This document shows, one piece after another, positions 1-8,373 of a stretch of 19,599 nt of DNA (the stretch's first letter is position 1; the number at the start of each line of letters is the position of its first letter). The notes beneath the pieces were generated by a model. It saw only the letters and a program-made list of their open reading frames with translations. It did not search any database and had not been told where the DNA came from. Made by a program: the position numbers and the translations under genes. Location: IMG/VR virus record IMGVR_UViG_2617270964_000006, positions 1-19,599 of that record, one strand, 5' to 3'. The stretch is from a virus (taxonomy: Duplodnaviria; Heunggongvirae; Uroviricota; Caudoviricetes).

Positions 1-1667
1 CTGTAATTCCCGAACTCGCCCAACTTTGTGTTTCCGGCTTTCTTGTGATGCATCAGATTCAGTTTGCCGCCTGTGGTCTGGGTGAAGAACGACATCAGGA
101 ACGGGTTACCAGTCCCGGTCATCACCACGACGTCAGGTAACGCTACATCGGTATACAGATAAATTCCCAGACCGAACTGGTTGTTGGTCAGTGCGCCTGA
201 CAGTCGAAACTTACAGCTCAGTCTGCCACCCCGTGTCAGCAGGGAGACTGCGTCATCCACCGGATGCATCAGGGACCAGGTTTTATTGCTCTGCTTGGTA
301 ACCTTAAACACACCATCTTCCAGCGCAACACTGCCGCCGGTGATGGTCCAGCCCTGCGCAGCAGCCTCTCCGGCTGTCGGCAGCAGGGAGACTGTACGAA
401 CGGATGTGTCACCATCAGACGGCCCCGATGGAGTGTCGCCGCCGGGCGAGGGTTTGATTTCCGGTGCCTTACCACTGATGAAGGCTGAGGTGCGCCCGGC
501 TGCGTTCAGAATAGCGGTTGCCATACGATCCGGAATAATGCTCCTGCGCGCCCATGAACTGAAATGTGTCGGGCGGTTTGATGATACCCAATTGCCATTA
601 CTACGGGATTGCGCGCCGTAATAACCTGCATCAGCAATATCCGGGTCTTCTGCCGGTAAGTTGGTGGGCGTGTTGTTGCCGTTACCGTCGGTCATGAACG
701 GCACAAAGAAAACGTTGTCGCTCTCCCTGTTTTTGTACGCGCCATAGACGGAGTCATACTGTGTGCCGTATGTGTTTTTCCAGTAATACGTCGTGTCGCC
801 ACAAATCCACGGTACAACTGCAGCACTGCCGCCATGGCACTGCGCGTTAAATCCGGAAAGGTCAGTACGGAACTGCTTCAGCATGGCCGTGAACAGGTCC
901 GGTTGCTGTGCGTAGGTGGCAGCGCTCATGTCAAATTCGCCCTGCATCCAGCACACCGCCAGCAACACATTTTTCGGGTTCTTCTGTAATGCCGCTTTGG
1001 TGCGTGCGATCAGGTCCTGATATAACGGTTTACCCACACCCCAGCGTGCCGAATCCTGGCTGGCCCCCGTGTCCGCACTGAATGTCCCCTCCGCGCCCTG
1101 GGTGAATGCCGAACCACCACGACAGCATGGTACCAGCAGGATCCCCGCGTTATTCGGGATATACGGAAGCAGTTTTTTGGCAATATGTAAGCCCTGGCCG
1201 ACACAGCCGTACTGCCCTTTGCTCAGGTCTGCCTTCGGATGATTCAGTGCGCTCATATCCTGAACATCATGCAGGCAGTGGTCTGCCGGAATGATGTCGT
1301 TAAATGCGCATGCTTTACCACCGGGAGTCACTGTGTTGCGACGGGCCAGTTGCTTAATGCGTGGGTGGGGCGCATCGTAAGAATCCGGCAGCGGCATTCC
1401 CTCACCATATGACATGGCATTGGATTGACCAGCAAGTACCACCACGTAATACCACTCCGGCACGCTGCCGTGCTGGGGGGAATCAGGTGAGATGTCTGTA
1501 GTGCCATCGGCCACCATTGCCTGCATTAGATACCACGGGGTGCCGGGTTCGTAGGCAACCCGCGTCTCCCCCTGAAGATGCCACCCTTTCGCAAGATGTT
1601 CATTCACCTTTTGAGTCAGTTCAGCCTGTGTCATGGCTGTAATCAGTGCAAAGTTCTTACTGGTCAT
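1..1667 (-). CDS. NanS-p-like sialate O-acetylesterase (DUF1737-like N-terminus + SGNH/SASA esterase domain); 3' end runs off the window
   Basis: Minus-strand frame open from ATG at 1667..1665 to position ~1 by manual translation (about 555 codons; not in the ORF track because it is truncated). N-terminus MTSKNFALITAMTQAELTQKVNEHLAKGWHLQGE; esterase block VVVLAGQSNAMSYGEG resembling the GQSNMxG serine motif. SD GGGAG 8 nt upstream; ATG overlaps the o-spanin stop (ATGA). Confidence 0.65.
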   Translation of the reverse strand, partial: MTSKNFALITAMTQAELTQKVNEHLAKGWHLQGETRVAYEPGTPWYLMQAMVADGTTDISPDSPQHGSVPEWYYVVVLAGQSNAMSYGEGMPLPDSYDAPHPRIKQLARRNTVTPGGKACAFNDIIPADHCLHDVQDMSALNHPKADLSKGQYGCVGQGLHIAKKLLPYIPNNAGILLVPCCRGGSAFTQGAEGTFSADTGASQDSARWGVGKPLYQDLIARTKAALQKNPKNVLLAVCWMQGEFDMSAATYAQQPDLFTAMLKQFRTDLSGFNAQCHGGSAAVVPWICGDTTYYWKNTYGTQYDSVYGAYKNRESDNVFFVPFMTDGNGNNTPTNLPAEDPDIADAGYYGAQSRSNGNWVSSNRPTHFSSWARRSIIPDRMATAILNAAGRTSAFISGKAPEIKPSPGGDTPSGPSDGDTSVRTVSLLPTAGEAAAQGWTITGGSVALEDGVFKVTKQSNKTWSLMHPVDDAVSLLTRGGRLSCKFRLSGALTNNQFGLGIYLYTDVALPDVVVMTGTGNPFLMSFFTQTTGGKLNLMHHKKAGNTKLGEFGNY

Positions 1668-1945
1668 TGTGTTACTCCCGTCTGGTGTGTCAGTTCGGCT
1701 ATTCTCTTATCCAGTTCAGCAATGGCCCGTTTATCCGCGTTACAGGTTTCCAGTGCATCCAGAAGGCGGTCGCCCCATATTCCGAGGTTTCCCCATGTGG
1801 GTGGGTCAGGGAAGGGGGGAGGCGTTACCGGCATGGTCAGCGTCTGCGGTATAAGCCGGACTGACGGCGCTGGCCCTGGCGCGTTCTGCGTGCCTGCGCA
1901 ACCTGTCAGTAAAACGAGCGTCAGGCAAAGCGTGGGCGCATTCAT
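1664..1945 (-). CDS. o-spanin (Rz1-like outer-membrane lipoprotein)
   Basis: ATG at 1945 gives MNAPTLCLTLVLLTGCAG with lipobox LLTGC, followed by a proline-rich stretch (PVTPPPFPDPP). Starts inside the i-spanin gene in another frame and extends past its stop. The track start at 1975 is a GTG. Confidence 0.65.
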   Translation of the reverse strand: MNAPTLCLTLVLLTGCAGTQNAPGPAPSVRLIPQTLTMPVTPPPFPDPPTWGNLGIWGDRLLDALETCNADKRAIAELDKRIAELTHQTGVTQ

Positions 1946-2201
1946 CTTTTGCAATATCGTTGCGTAGCTGTTCACGTCTTACCTCTCCGTCCTGATTGCG
2001 TTGCTGATTTTCCGCGCGGAGCTGAGCCAGCACCTGCTGCATATCCTGTACCCCGGCGCTGATGATATTCAGTGTGTCGACGGTACTTTTCAGGGTGCTG
2101 GCCTGCGCTTCGTTTCTGGCGTTCTCCCGGCCCAGCGACCACGACAGACGCATGGATGTAATCAGAAGGAAAGCGACGCCAAGCGTGGGCCAGAGCTTCA
2201 T
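1806..2201 (-). CDS. i-spanin (Rz-like, N-terminal membrane anchor)
   Basis: ATG at 2201 (MKLWPTLGVAFLLITSM...) preceded by GGAG; overlaps the endolysin stop as ATGA. N-terminal hydrophobic anchor then charged/Q-rich helical region. The track's upstream extension to 2345 would overlap the endolysin. Confidence 0.6.
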   Translation of the reverse strand: MKLWPTLGVAFLLITSMRLSWSLGRENARNEAQASTLKSTVDTLNIISAGVQDMQQVLAQLRAENQQRNQDGEVRREQLRNDIAKDECAHALPDARFTDRLRRHAERARASAVSPAYTADADHAGNASPLP

Positions 2202-2590
2202 GCCGGATAGGCTCCGTGTGGTAACTGAAAATGCGGTCCGTCTTTCAGGGTCTTCCAGTCGCCGCCCCATTCCACCGGAATATTCAGTTCCTGGCTGGCC
2301 TGTCTGAATGCTGCTGCGATTTTTTCGTACAGCGGCCATTCCCATGACACCTGGTTGCCGACATAAGCCACAACATCCACGGCATGCCCTGTGAGATGGC
2401 GACTGTTCATGGTCTGGCTCTTGCCTGTGGTCACGAGCTGCTTCTGACGATAACGACTGCGCAATCCTTCGGTGATACCAAAATCCACTTCCGAGATTTC
2501 CAGCGCCCGTCGGGTCACTTTCACCAGATCAGGATTTACACCCTGCAAATTCTTTTCGCTCCGGCTGCTGAATTTAAATGTGTTGCTCAT
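2198..2590 (-). CDS. endolysin, peptidase M15-type (L-alanyl-D-glutamate endopeptidase-like)
   Basis: 130 aa; zinc-ligand pattern SRHLTGHAVDV ... DGPHFQLPHG typical of small M15/VanY-like phage endolysins. ATG overlaps the holin stop (ATGA). Confidence 0.8.
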   Translation of the reverse strand: MSNTFKFSSRSEKNLQGVNPDLVKVTRRALEISEVDFGITEGLRSRYRQKQLVTTGKSQTMNSRHLTGHAVDVVAYVGNQVSWEWPLYEKIAAAFRQASQELNIPVEWGGDWKTLKDGPHFQLPHGAYPA

Positions 2591-2910
2591 TCGTTCCTCT
2601 CCTTCACCCTGCGATCAAATATTGCAATAACCTTGTCGCGTGCTTTCTCTGCGCCCATAAAACCGATTGAGGCACCAAAAAACGTCACTGCATCCTCAGG
2701 GATCCCGAAGAAGCGCAGCGACCCGGCCACGGCCATGGCAAGAACGCCGCACGCCAGCGATCCCGTTACGGTCTGAACCAGTGTTCGTCCGTCATAAAGA
2801 CTCATCAGCGCGGAAATGCTGACCGCCGCGCCTACTGCATACACCGTTGGCAGGTGGTCAAAGAGCCACGCAATAACCTGCTCTGTGATCCCTGTTTGAA
2901 TGGTGCTCAC
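2587..2910 (-). CDS. holin (three predicted TM segments)
   Basis: Hydrophobic segments VIAWLFDHLPTVYAVGAAVSISALMSLY, LVQTVTGSLACGVLAMAVAGSL, AVTFFGASIGFMGA. Likely GTG start at 2910 preceded by GGGGGAG; the track start at 2925 is also GTG with no SD. Sits directly upstream of the endolysin. Confidence 0.6.
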   Translation of the reverse strand: MSTIQTGITEQVIAWLFDHLPTVYAVGAAVSISALMSLYDGRTLVQTVTGSLACGVLAMAVAGSLRFFGIPEDAVTFFGASIGFMGAEKARDKVIAIFDRRVKERNE

Positions 2911-2912
2911 TG

Positions 2913-3113
2913 CTACTCCCCCCACAACTGAATCATTTCTCGTTTCTTCTTCTCCGGCTCCGGCATCTCCACTTCCTGCCCGGTGTCCAGAAATACCTGC
3001 TGACAGAGTCCGGGGTTGGCATCCAGCACCTTTTCGGTGACGCCCTGTGTCGTGCCGTAGTACCGGAAACAGAGCGAATCCACGGTGTCACCTTCCAGTG
3101 CCTTCACTTTCAT
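2913..3113 (-). CDS. X: P2 gpX-like tail protein
   Basis: ATG at 3113 gives MKVKALEGDTVDSLCFRYYGTTQGVTEKVLDANPGL, recalled as close to the P2 gpX N-terminus. Track start at 3119 is GTG. Confidence 0.8.
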   Translation of the reverse strand: MKVKALEGDTVDSLCFRYYGTTQGVTEKVLDANPGLCQQVFLDTGQEVEMPEPEKKKREMIQLWGE

Positions 3114-3607
3114 CAGCACAGCTCCGCAAACATTCGCGGTCGTCCCAGAATGTCAGAGATGGCCCAGCTCACATCGCGCCACAAATCCGATGTCTGTATA
3201 TCCAGTGCGTCCGCCCGGCGGTCGCCCTTGTCCGTTGTGTCCGCATCGCGGTAACGCTCCAGAATCAGGGCGCGTGTGGCGGTATAAACAGCATTGCGCC
3301 AGTGCCAGAGATTGACGCTTTCTCCGTTAATTACAGGGGCCGGAACATCGGCCAGCGTCTGATAGCCAGCCGCCTGTTGTTCCTGCTGCCATGCTTCCAG
3401 CTCGCGGGTAACGTGTGCTATGGCCCCGGTGGCGGTATGCAGCAGGCGGGAGGTGGTCACGCGGCCCGGCAGTCGTACCGCCAGACGCAGCTCGCGCAGC
3501 ACAATATCCGGCCAGAATGCACCCGCTGAAATACGGGTATCGCCATCATCGGTGTCGGTGATGTCGTCCTCTGCGGGGCCGGGGTTAGTTCTGGCAACCA
3601 TACTCAT
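3113..3607 (-). CDS. L: P2 gpL-like head completion/stabilisation protein
   Basis: About 164 aa in the conserved position between M and X; first ATG at 3607 preceded by AGGAG. Family assigned from synteny and size. Confidence 0.7.
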   Translation of the reverse strand: MSMVARTNPGPAEDDITDTDDGDTRISAGAFWPDIVLRELRLAVRLPGRVTTSRLLHTATGAIAHVTRELEAWQQEQQAAGYQTLADVPAPVINGESVNLWHWRNAVYTATRALILERYRDADTTDKGDRRADALDIQTSDLWRDVSWAISDILGRPRMFAELC

Positions 3608-3621
3608 GGGGTTCACTCCTG

Positions 3622-3692
3622 AAAAAATCGGGCGGTGGGTGCGCGGTGTAAACGGTCACGGAGTCAAACCGGAACACCGCGCACGCCGCCCG
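3622..3692 (-). terminator. long imperfect hairpin plus U-tract between M and L (putative intra-operon terminator/attenuator)
   Basis: Arms 3629-3649 (CGGGCGGTGGGTGCGCGGTGT) and 3674-3692 (ACACCGCGCACGCCGCCCG), about 18 bp paired; on the minus strand followed by ATTTTTT (3628-3622), then the L RBS. Confidence 0.45.
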
Positions 3693-3708
3693 CTGACGGG
3701 GTCAGTCG

Positions 3709-4509
3709 TTAACCGCGCTTTGCCTTCTGCGTCGCGGTGGTTTTTCGTGTTGCAGGCTTCTGCGTTGTCTTTTTACTTTTGCTGCTTTCGTCCTGCGTCT
3801 GCTGTGCGCTGGCGTCTTCTGGTGCGGCTGCGGAATCGGCTTTTTTCAGGGCGCGGGAAAGGGTTGCAATCTCGCGTTTCACACCTGCGTTCGGGTTCAG
3901 GTGCATCGCTTCGCGCAGCAGCTTCAGTGATGAGGCCATGTTGTCTGCATCGGTCAGGCCACGACGGGCAAAGGCACACGCCTTGCATAATTTGGCGCGC
4001 ACTTCGTCCGGCATGTCCTGGTTGGCGACAATTTCCCAAAGTGTGTCCAGTGGTTCGATAAAGGCGGATAAATCCGCGTCGGCATCCGTCCCGGCCTGCG
4101 TCAGTACCGGGTTGCAGATTTCTTCGGTCAGTACCGTGGCAGCAGTACGGCCAAAGTTATCCGGCATGATGAGGTTGTGACGGACCACATATGCACCAAT
4201 ACGCAGCGCCAGCGGAAGATCGCCGCAGTCAATCGCCCACACCATCAGCGTGGCAATTACTTCGTCCTGTTGCCCGCCGTCAGTCTCCAGCGTTCCCTCA
4301 ATCCAGCCGGAAAAGTCCGGCAACAACTCTTTTTTGATGGCGGCTTTCGCGCTTCTGGCCTGTACGCCCTTTAGCCTGGCCTGTGCCAGACGCAGACGAT
4401 ACAGCACCTCTTCATGCGCGGTACGCGCGGCGTGGTCCACACCTTCATTCGCCCGGCCTGCGCGCTGTGCCATCACGTTCTGCCAGTGTTGTTGTGCAGG
4501 AGTAATCAT
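3709..4509 (-). CDS. M: P2 gpM-like terminase small (endonuclease) subunit
   Basis: 266 aa, ATG with GGAGAG RBS, basic K/T-rich C-terminal tail; position between N and L. Confidence 0.8.
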   Translation of the reverse strand: MITPAQQHWQNVMAQRAGRANEGVDHAARTAHEEVLYRLRLAQARLKGVQARSAKAAIKKELLPDFSGWIEGTLETDGGQQDEVIATLMVWAIDCGDLPLALRIGAYVVRHNLIMPDNFGRTAATVLTEEICNPVLTQAGTDADADLSAFIEPLDTLWEIVANQDMPDEVRAKLCKACAFARRGLTDADNMASSLKLLREAMHLNPNAGVKREIATLSRALKKADSAAAPEDASAQQTQDESSKSKKTTQKPATRKTTATQKAKRG

Positions 4510-4526
4510 TTTTTCTCTCCGTTACA

Positions 4527-4545
4527 GGCGGGCATGATGCCCGCC
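4527..4545 (-). other. perfect 9-bp palindrome/hairpin in the N-M intergenic spacer
   Basis: GGCGGGCAT-G-ATGCCCGCC; no U-tract on the transcribed strand, so more likely an RNA processing/stability element or pause site than a terminator. Confidence 0.35.
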
Positions 4546-4554
4546 GTGAGTTGA

Positions 4555-5607
4555 TTAGCTGTCGGCGAACTTCAGGCCAGTGATCATCGCGCACTTGCCA
4601 TAGTCTTCAACGACATAAGCGTCATTGATGGACTGGTAGGTGGCGATGCGGTTGTATTCCGGCTCGTCTTTCATCAGGCGACGCATTGAACCTTTCTGCC
4701 AGTAAATCGACAGGTTGTTGAACGAGGTGATAAGCATCGTTGCATCCGGGAAGAACGGCGCAAGGAACACGCCCAGCCCGCCAATGGTGCGCGATGACAG
4801 GATGAGCTGCCCGGCAAGTAATTCCGCATTGGGATTCTGGCCGCTGATGCTGTTCAGCACGGGCAGACGCAGCGAGTTAAACAGGTTGCGCCCCATAATC
4901 ACCGCGAGGTCGTCAGCTTCCTTGTGCCATTCATCCAGCAGGGATGAGCGCGCATCCTGTACCAGAGCATCGGCATTCGCATACTTACCCACGTGCGCCA
5001 CAGTGTTGTCCATGTTGCGGGAGGTCAGCGTCACGTCATTCATTACGCGCTCGCTGGCATCGGTTCTGATGTGCTCCAGCCAGCCCACGTTAACGTCCTG
5101 AAGCAGCTTGTTGGTGTGAAAATCAGACTCGTAGGCGTGGGATGTGCCGTTAAAGCCAATCATGATGCGATCAAGCGCTACCTGCCGGGCGATCTGTGTA
5201 CTGATACGGGACTGAAAATCGCTGTGGGCCGCCCAGGTATCAAGCTGTGGGTACGAAATAAAGGTATCGTAGTTCACCTGTTCGCACTGGTACTGACGAG
5301 ACTTCATATCGATCACGTTATTCGGGTTACGGCGTTTGATGCCGTCATAACTGCTATTCGTGCGCGCAATTGGCCCGGTGGTGTCCAGGAGGATTTTTTC
5401 GCCTTTCTGGTCGGTCACGCCGATCACGTTAATTCTTTTCGTAAATTCGGTACTTTCCTTTGAGGCGTTTTCAAAACGCTGCTGCACCGCGGGTTCCACG
5501 GTAAATCGCGATACCAGTGCAGATACCGGGATATTGTTAAGCGACGCCTGCTGCGCCATATAGCAACCCAGCTTGTTGCGGGTAATATCTGACATCACCA
5601 GATTCAT
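4555..5607 (-). CDS. N: P2 gpN-like major capsid protein
   Basis: 350 aa; ATG with AAGGAG RBS; size and position (after scaffold O) match the P2 head module. Confidence 0.9.
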   Translation of the reverse strand: MNLVMSDITRNKLGCYMAQQASLNNIPVSALVSRFTVEPAVQQRFENASKESTEFTKRINVIGVTDQKGEKILLDTTGPIARTNSSYDGIKRRNPNNVIDMKSRQYQCEQVNYDTFISYPQLDTWAAHSDFQSRISTQIARQVALDRIMIGFNGTSHAYESDFHTNKLLQDVNVGWLEHIRTDASERVMNDVTLTSRNMDNTVAHVGKYANADALVQDARSSLLDEWHKEADDLAVIMGRNLFNSLRLPVLNSISGQNPNAELLAGQLILSSRTIGGLGVFLAPFFPDATMLITSFNNLSIYWQKGSMRRLMKDEPEYNRIATYQSINDAYVVEDYGKCAMITGLKFADS

Positions 5608-5630
5608 AAAAAATTTGCTCCTTTGTCTTA

Positions 5631-6467
5631 TCAGAAGTCAGCCAGCTGGTCGGAGGCTGCGCCCGTTGCGGTGAAGCGGTTCTGCGGATCGCCGTCCTGC
5701 GTGCGCAGTTTTTCCTTCAATGCTGTCAGCTCTGTGGTCAGTGACGTGATTTTCTGGCGGTCCTGCTGATGGCGGGTTTCCAGCACATTAAAACGGTCGA
5801 TAATGTCGGCCTGTGACGTTGCAACGCCTTCCACCGCTTCCTGAATTCGGGAGAAACTGGCGTCATCCGCTTTGCGGCCACGACCAATAATCCCCATTAC
5901 GCGGTTAAACCACTGGGTGCCTTCTTCCTGGCGTTGTTCTGCCATTTCGATGATTTCAGACTCGATGGCTTCGGAGATAAGCGGTGCTTCACCCTGGATA
6001 CTGTTGAACGTCATCACCGCCTGACGTTGCTGTGCCGTGAATTTCAGGCGCTCAGTGCCCAGGCTTGCCGGGGTGTCGGTCATCGCCAGCCCGACCAGAT
6101 AGGCGCGCCCGTTAACGGAGAACTGCGGGTGCAGTTCGATACTGGAATAGATTTTCTTGCCGTCCGCGACAAGCTGCTTCATGCGTTCGGTAGGTTCGAT
6201 TTCTGCATACAGCGCAGTACGTCCGGCCAGCGGACCTTCCGTAATGTCTTCCGTACTCAGTGCGGTGACATCGCCCATTGCGGAAAATTCGCTTGACGGG
6301 CATGGCGAGAGATAGTGCTCAACGTTCACACGGGCAGCGTAAACATCCGGGTTGAAGTTCTCGGCGGCTTCACGCAGATGCACCGGGCTGATTTCGCGGC
6401 CATCAACAGTTGATCCGGAGACAGCCACGCGAAACTTTTTGCGGGATGTCTTTTTTTCATTAGCCAT
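5631..6467 (-). CDS. O: P2 gpO-like capsid scaffolding protein
   Basis: Start at ATG 6467 (GAGGGG RBS) gives MANEKKTSRKKFRVAVSGSTVDGREI..., recalled as matching the P2 gpO N-terminus. The track start at 6500 has no SD. Confidence 0.85.
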   Translation of the reverse strand: MANEKKTSRKKFRVAVSGSTVDGREISPVHLREAAENFNPDVYAARVNVEHYLSPCPSSEFSAMGDVTALSTEDITEGPLAGRTALYAEIEPTERMKQLVADGKKIYSSIELHPQFSVNGRAYLVGLAMTDTPASLGTERLKFTAQQRQAVMTFNSIQGEAPLISEAIESEIIEMAEQRQEEGTQWFNRVMGIIGRGRKADDASFSRIQEAVEGVATSQADIIDRFNVLETRHQQDRQKITSLTTELTALKEKLRTQDGDPQNRFTATGAASDQLADF

Positions 6468-6621
6468 AGTTTTTGCCCCTCTGACTGGTTCTTCAGTCAT
6501 GATGGCAAAGCGTAACAGGCTGATACAAAGGGCTTTTGTTGTAAGAAAACGGCCAGAACAGGGGGTTAAGGAGAACGGTTTCGCGCGCGGGTAATCTTCC
6601 TGTAATTACTCAGGGGGAGCA
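6468..6621. promoter_or_regulatory. divergent late promoter region for the O operon and the P-Q operon
   Basis: 154-bp spacer between divergent O and P starts, with imperfect dyad ACAAAG-GGC-TTTTGT (6525-6539) about 90 bp upstream of the P ATG. Confidence 0.4.
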
Positions 6622-8373
6622 ATGATTCAGGACGCTTTTGTGCGCCAGCGTGCGCGGCAACTTTACTGGCAGGGTTATCCGCCCGCAGAAATATCACGTC
6701 TGATGGGAATAAACCCGAACACGATTTATGCGTGGAAAAAACGCGACCAGTGGGATGAAACGCCACCCGTGCAGCGTGTCACGCAGTCCATCGATGCGCG
6801 CCTCATCCAGCTTACTGAAAAACAGAATAAAACAGGCGGTGACTTTAAGGAAATAGACCTGCTGACCCGGCAGCTTAAAAAAATGCATGATGGCCAGCCG
6901 GATGCGACGGCCACAGGAAAGAAAGGCCGGGCGAAAAAACTCAAAAATCATTTCACGCCGGAACAGATTGCCGCACTGCGGGAAAAAATCATCAGCAGGC
7001 TGGAGTGGCATCAGCGGGGCTGGTTTGACTCCCTGACCCTTTGCAGGGAAGCCGGGATACGTAACAGGATGATCCTGAAATCCCGACAGATTGGCGCGAC
7101 CTGGTATTTTGCACAGGAAGCACTGCTGATGGCGCTGCGTGACGATGTGGCGCAACCTTACCAGCGTAACCAGATTTTTTTGTCTGCGTCGCGTCGTCAG
7201 GCGTTCCAGTTTAAAAGCATTATTCAGAAGGCTGCGGCTGAAGTTGATGTGGAGCTGAAAGGGGGCGATAAAATCATCCTCTCCAACGGCGCAGAGCTGC
7301 ATTTTCTTGGTACTTCTGCTGCGACGGCACAGTCCTACACGGGCAATTTTTATTTTGATGAATTTTTCTGGGTCAGTCGCTTTGCTGAACTGCGCAAGGT
7401 GGCTGGCGCTATGGCAACCCTCAGCGGACTGCGGCGCACCTACTTCTCCACGCCATCCACCGAAACGCACGAGGCATACGCCTACTGGAACGGCGACCGC
7501 TGGAACGAGAAAAAGGCCACGCATAAACGCCAGCGTTTTTCTGTGGACTGGAAAACGCTGCATAACGGGCTTATCTGCCCTGACCGGACGTGGCGGCAAA
7601 TTGTCACGCTGGAAGATGTGGTTAAACACGGCTGGAAACACACCGATATCGACGAAATTCGTGATGAAAACACCGAAGACGAGTTCCTCAATCTCTATAT
7701 GTGTGAGTTTGTCCGCGAAGGGGAATCGGCATTTAACCTGAATATCCTGATTGGCTGTGGTGTTGACGGATACGACGACTGGAAAGACTGGAAACCTTTT
7801 GCTCCCCGCCCGATGGGGAATCGTCCGGTATGGATTGGGTATGACGCAAACGGCAGTAGTGGCAACGGCGACAGCGGCGCTGTGTCCGTGGTGGTTCCTC
7901 CGGCTGTTCCTGGAGGCCGTTTTCGAACGGTGGAGACGCGACGCGTTCAGGGGCTGGAGTTTGAAGAACAGGCCAGAGTCATTGAAGAGTTCACGTGTCG
8001 CTACAACGTGGAACACATCGGCATTGATGTGACAGGCGGGAACGGGGAGGCTGTTTATCAGATAGTGAAACGGTTTTTCCCTGCTGCTATTCCGTACACC
8101 TTCACGCTGTCATCAAAACGGTCGCTGGTACTGAAAATGCTGCAAATAATGCGTGCCGGGCGGTGGGAATACGATCGCGCCGAACGCGAGCTGGTCGCGG
8201 CCTTTAACGCCGTGCGTAAGGTGAAAACACCGGGCGGCTTTATCACTTACGAAACGGACCGAGCGAGGGGGATCAGCCACGGCGACCTTGCGTGGGCAAC
8301 CATGCTTGCTGTCATTAACGAACCGATTGGCGGCGAAGGAGAAAACGAGCGTTTCACGGTTATGGAGTTCTGA
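6622..8373 (+). CDS. P: P2 gpP-like terminase ATPase (large) subunit
   Basis: 583 aa; GGGGGAG RBS; N-terminal HTH-like LYWQGYPPAEISRLMGINPNTIYAWKK and ATPase core; stop overlaps the Q start (TGATG). Confidence 0.95.
   Translation: MIQDAFVRQRARQLYWQGYPPAEISRLMGINPNTIYAWKKRDQWDETPPVQRVTQSIDARLIQLTEKQNKTGGDFKEIDLLTRQLKKMHDGQPDATATGKKGRAKKLKNHFTPEQIAALREKIISRLEWHQRGWFDSLTLCREAGIRNRMILKSRQIGATWYFAQEALLMALRDDVAQPYQRNQIFLSASRRQAFQFKSIIQKAAAEVDVELKGGDKIILSNGAELHFLGTSAATAQSYTGNFYFDEFFWVSRFAELRKVAGAMATLSGLRRTYFSTPSTETHEAYAYWNGDRWNEKKATHKRQRFSVDWKTLHNGLICPDRTWRQIVTLEDVVKHGWKHTDIDEIRDENTEDEFLNLYMCEFVREGESAFNLNILIGCGVDGYDDWKDWKPFAPRPMGNRPVWIGYDANGSSGNGDSGAVSVVVPPAVPGGRFRTVETRRVQGLEFEEQARVIEEFTCRYNVEHIGIDVTGGNGEAVYQIVKRFFPAAIPYTFTLSSKRSLVLKMLQIMRAGRWEYDRAERELVAAFNAVRKVKTPGGFITYETDRARGISHGDLAWATMLAVINEPIGGEGENERFTVMEF

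Noticed and set aside
181-621. 146-aa plus-strand ORF at the left end
   Set aside because: Antisense to the open esterase frame; no RBS and low-complexity translation.
3420-4180. Plus-strand ORFs of 213 and 147 aa across the L-M region
   Set aside because: Antisense to the syntenic head genes; translations are Arg/Ser/Ala-rich low-complexity strings.
6694-8016. 440-aa minus-strand ORF antisense to the terminase ATPase gene
   Set aside because: Lies entirely within the strongly supported P coding region on the opposite strand; low-complexity, R/P-rich translation with no motifs; typical antisense open frame in GC-rich coding DNA.
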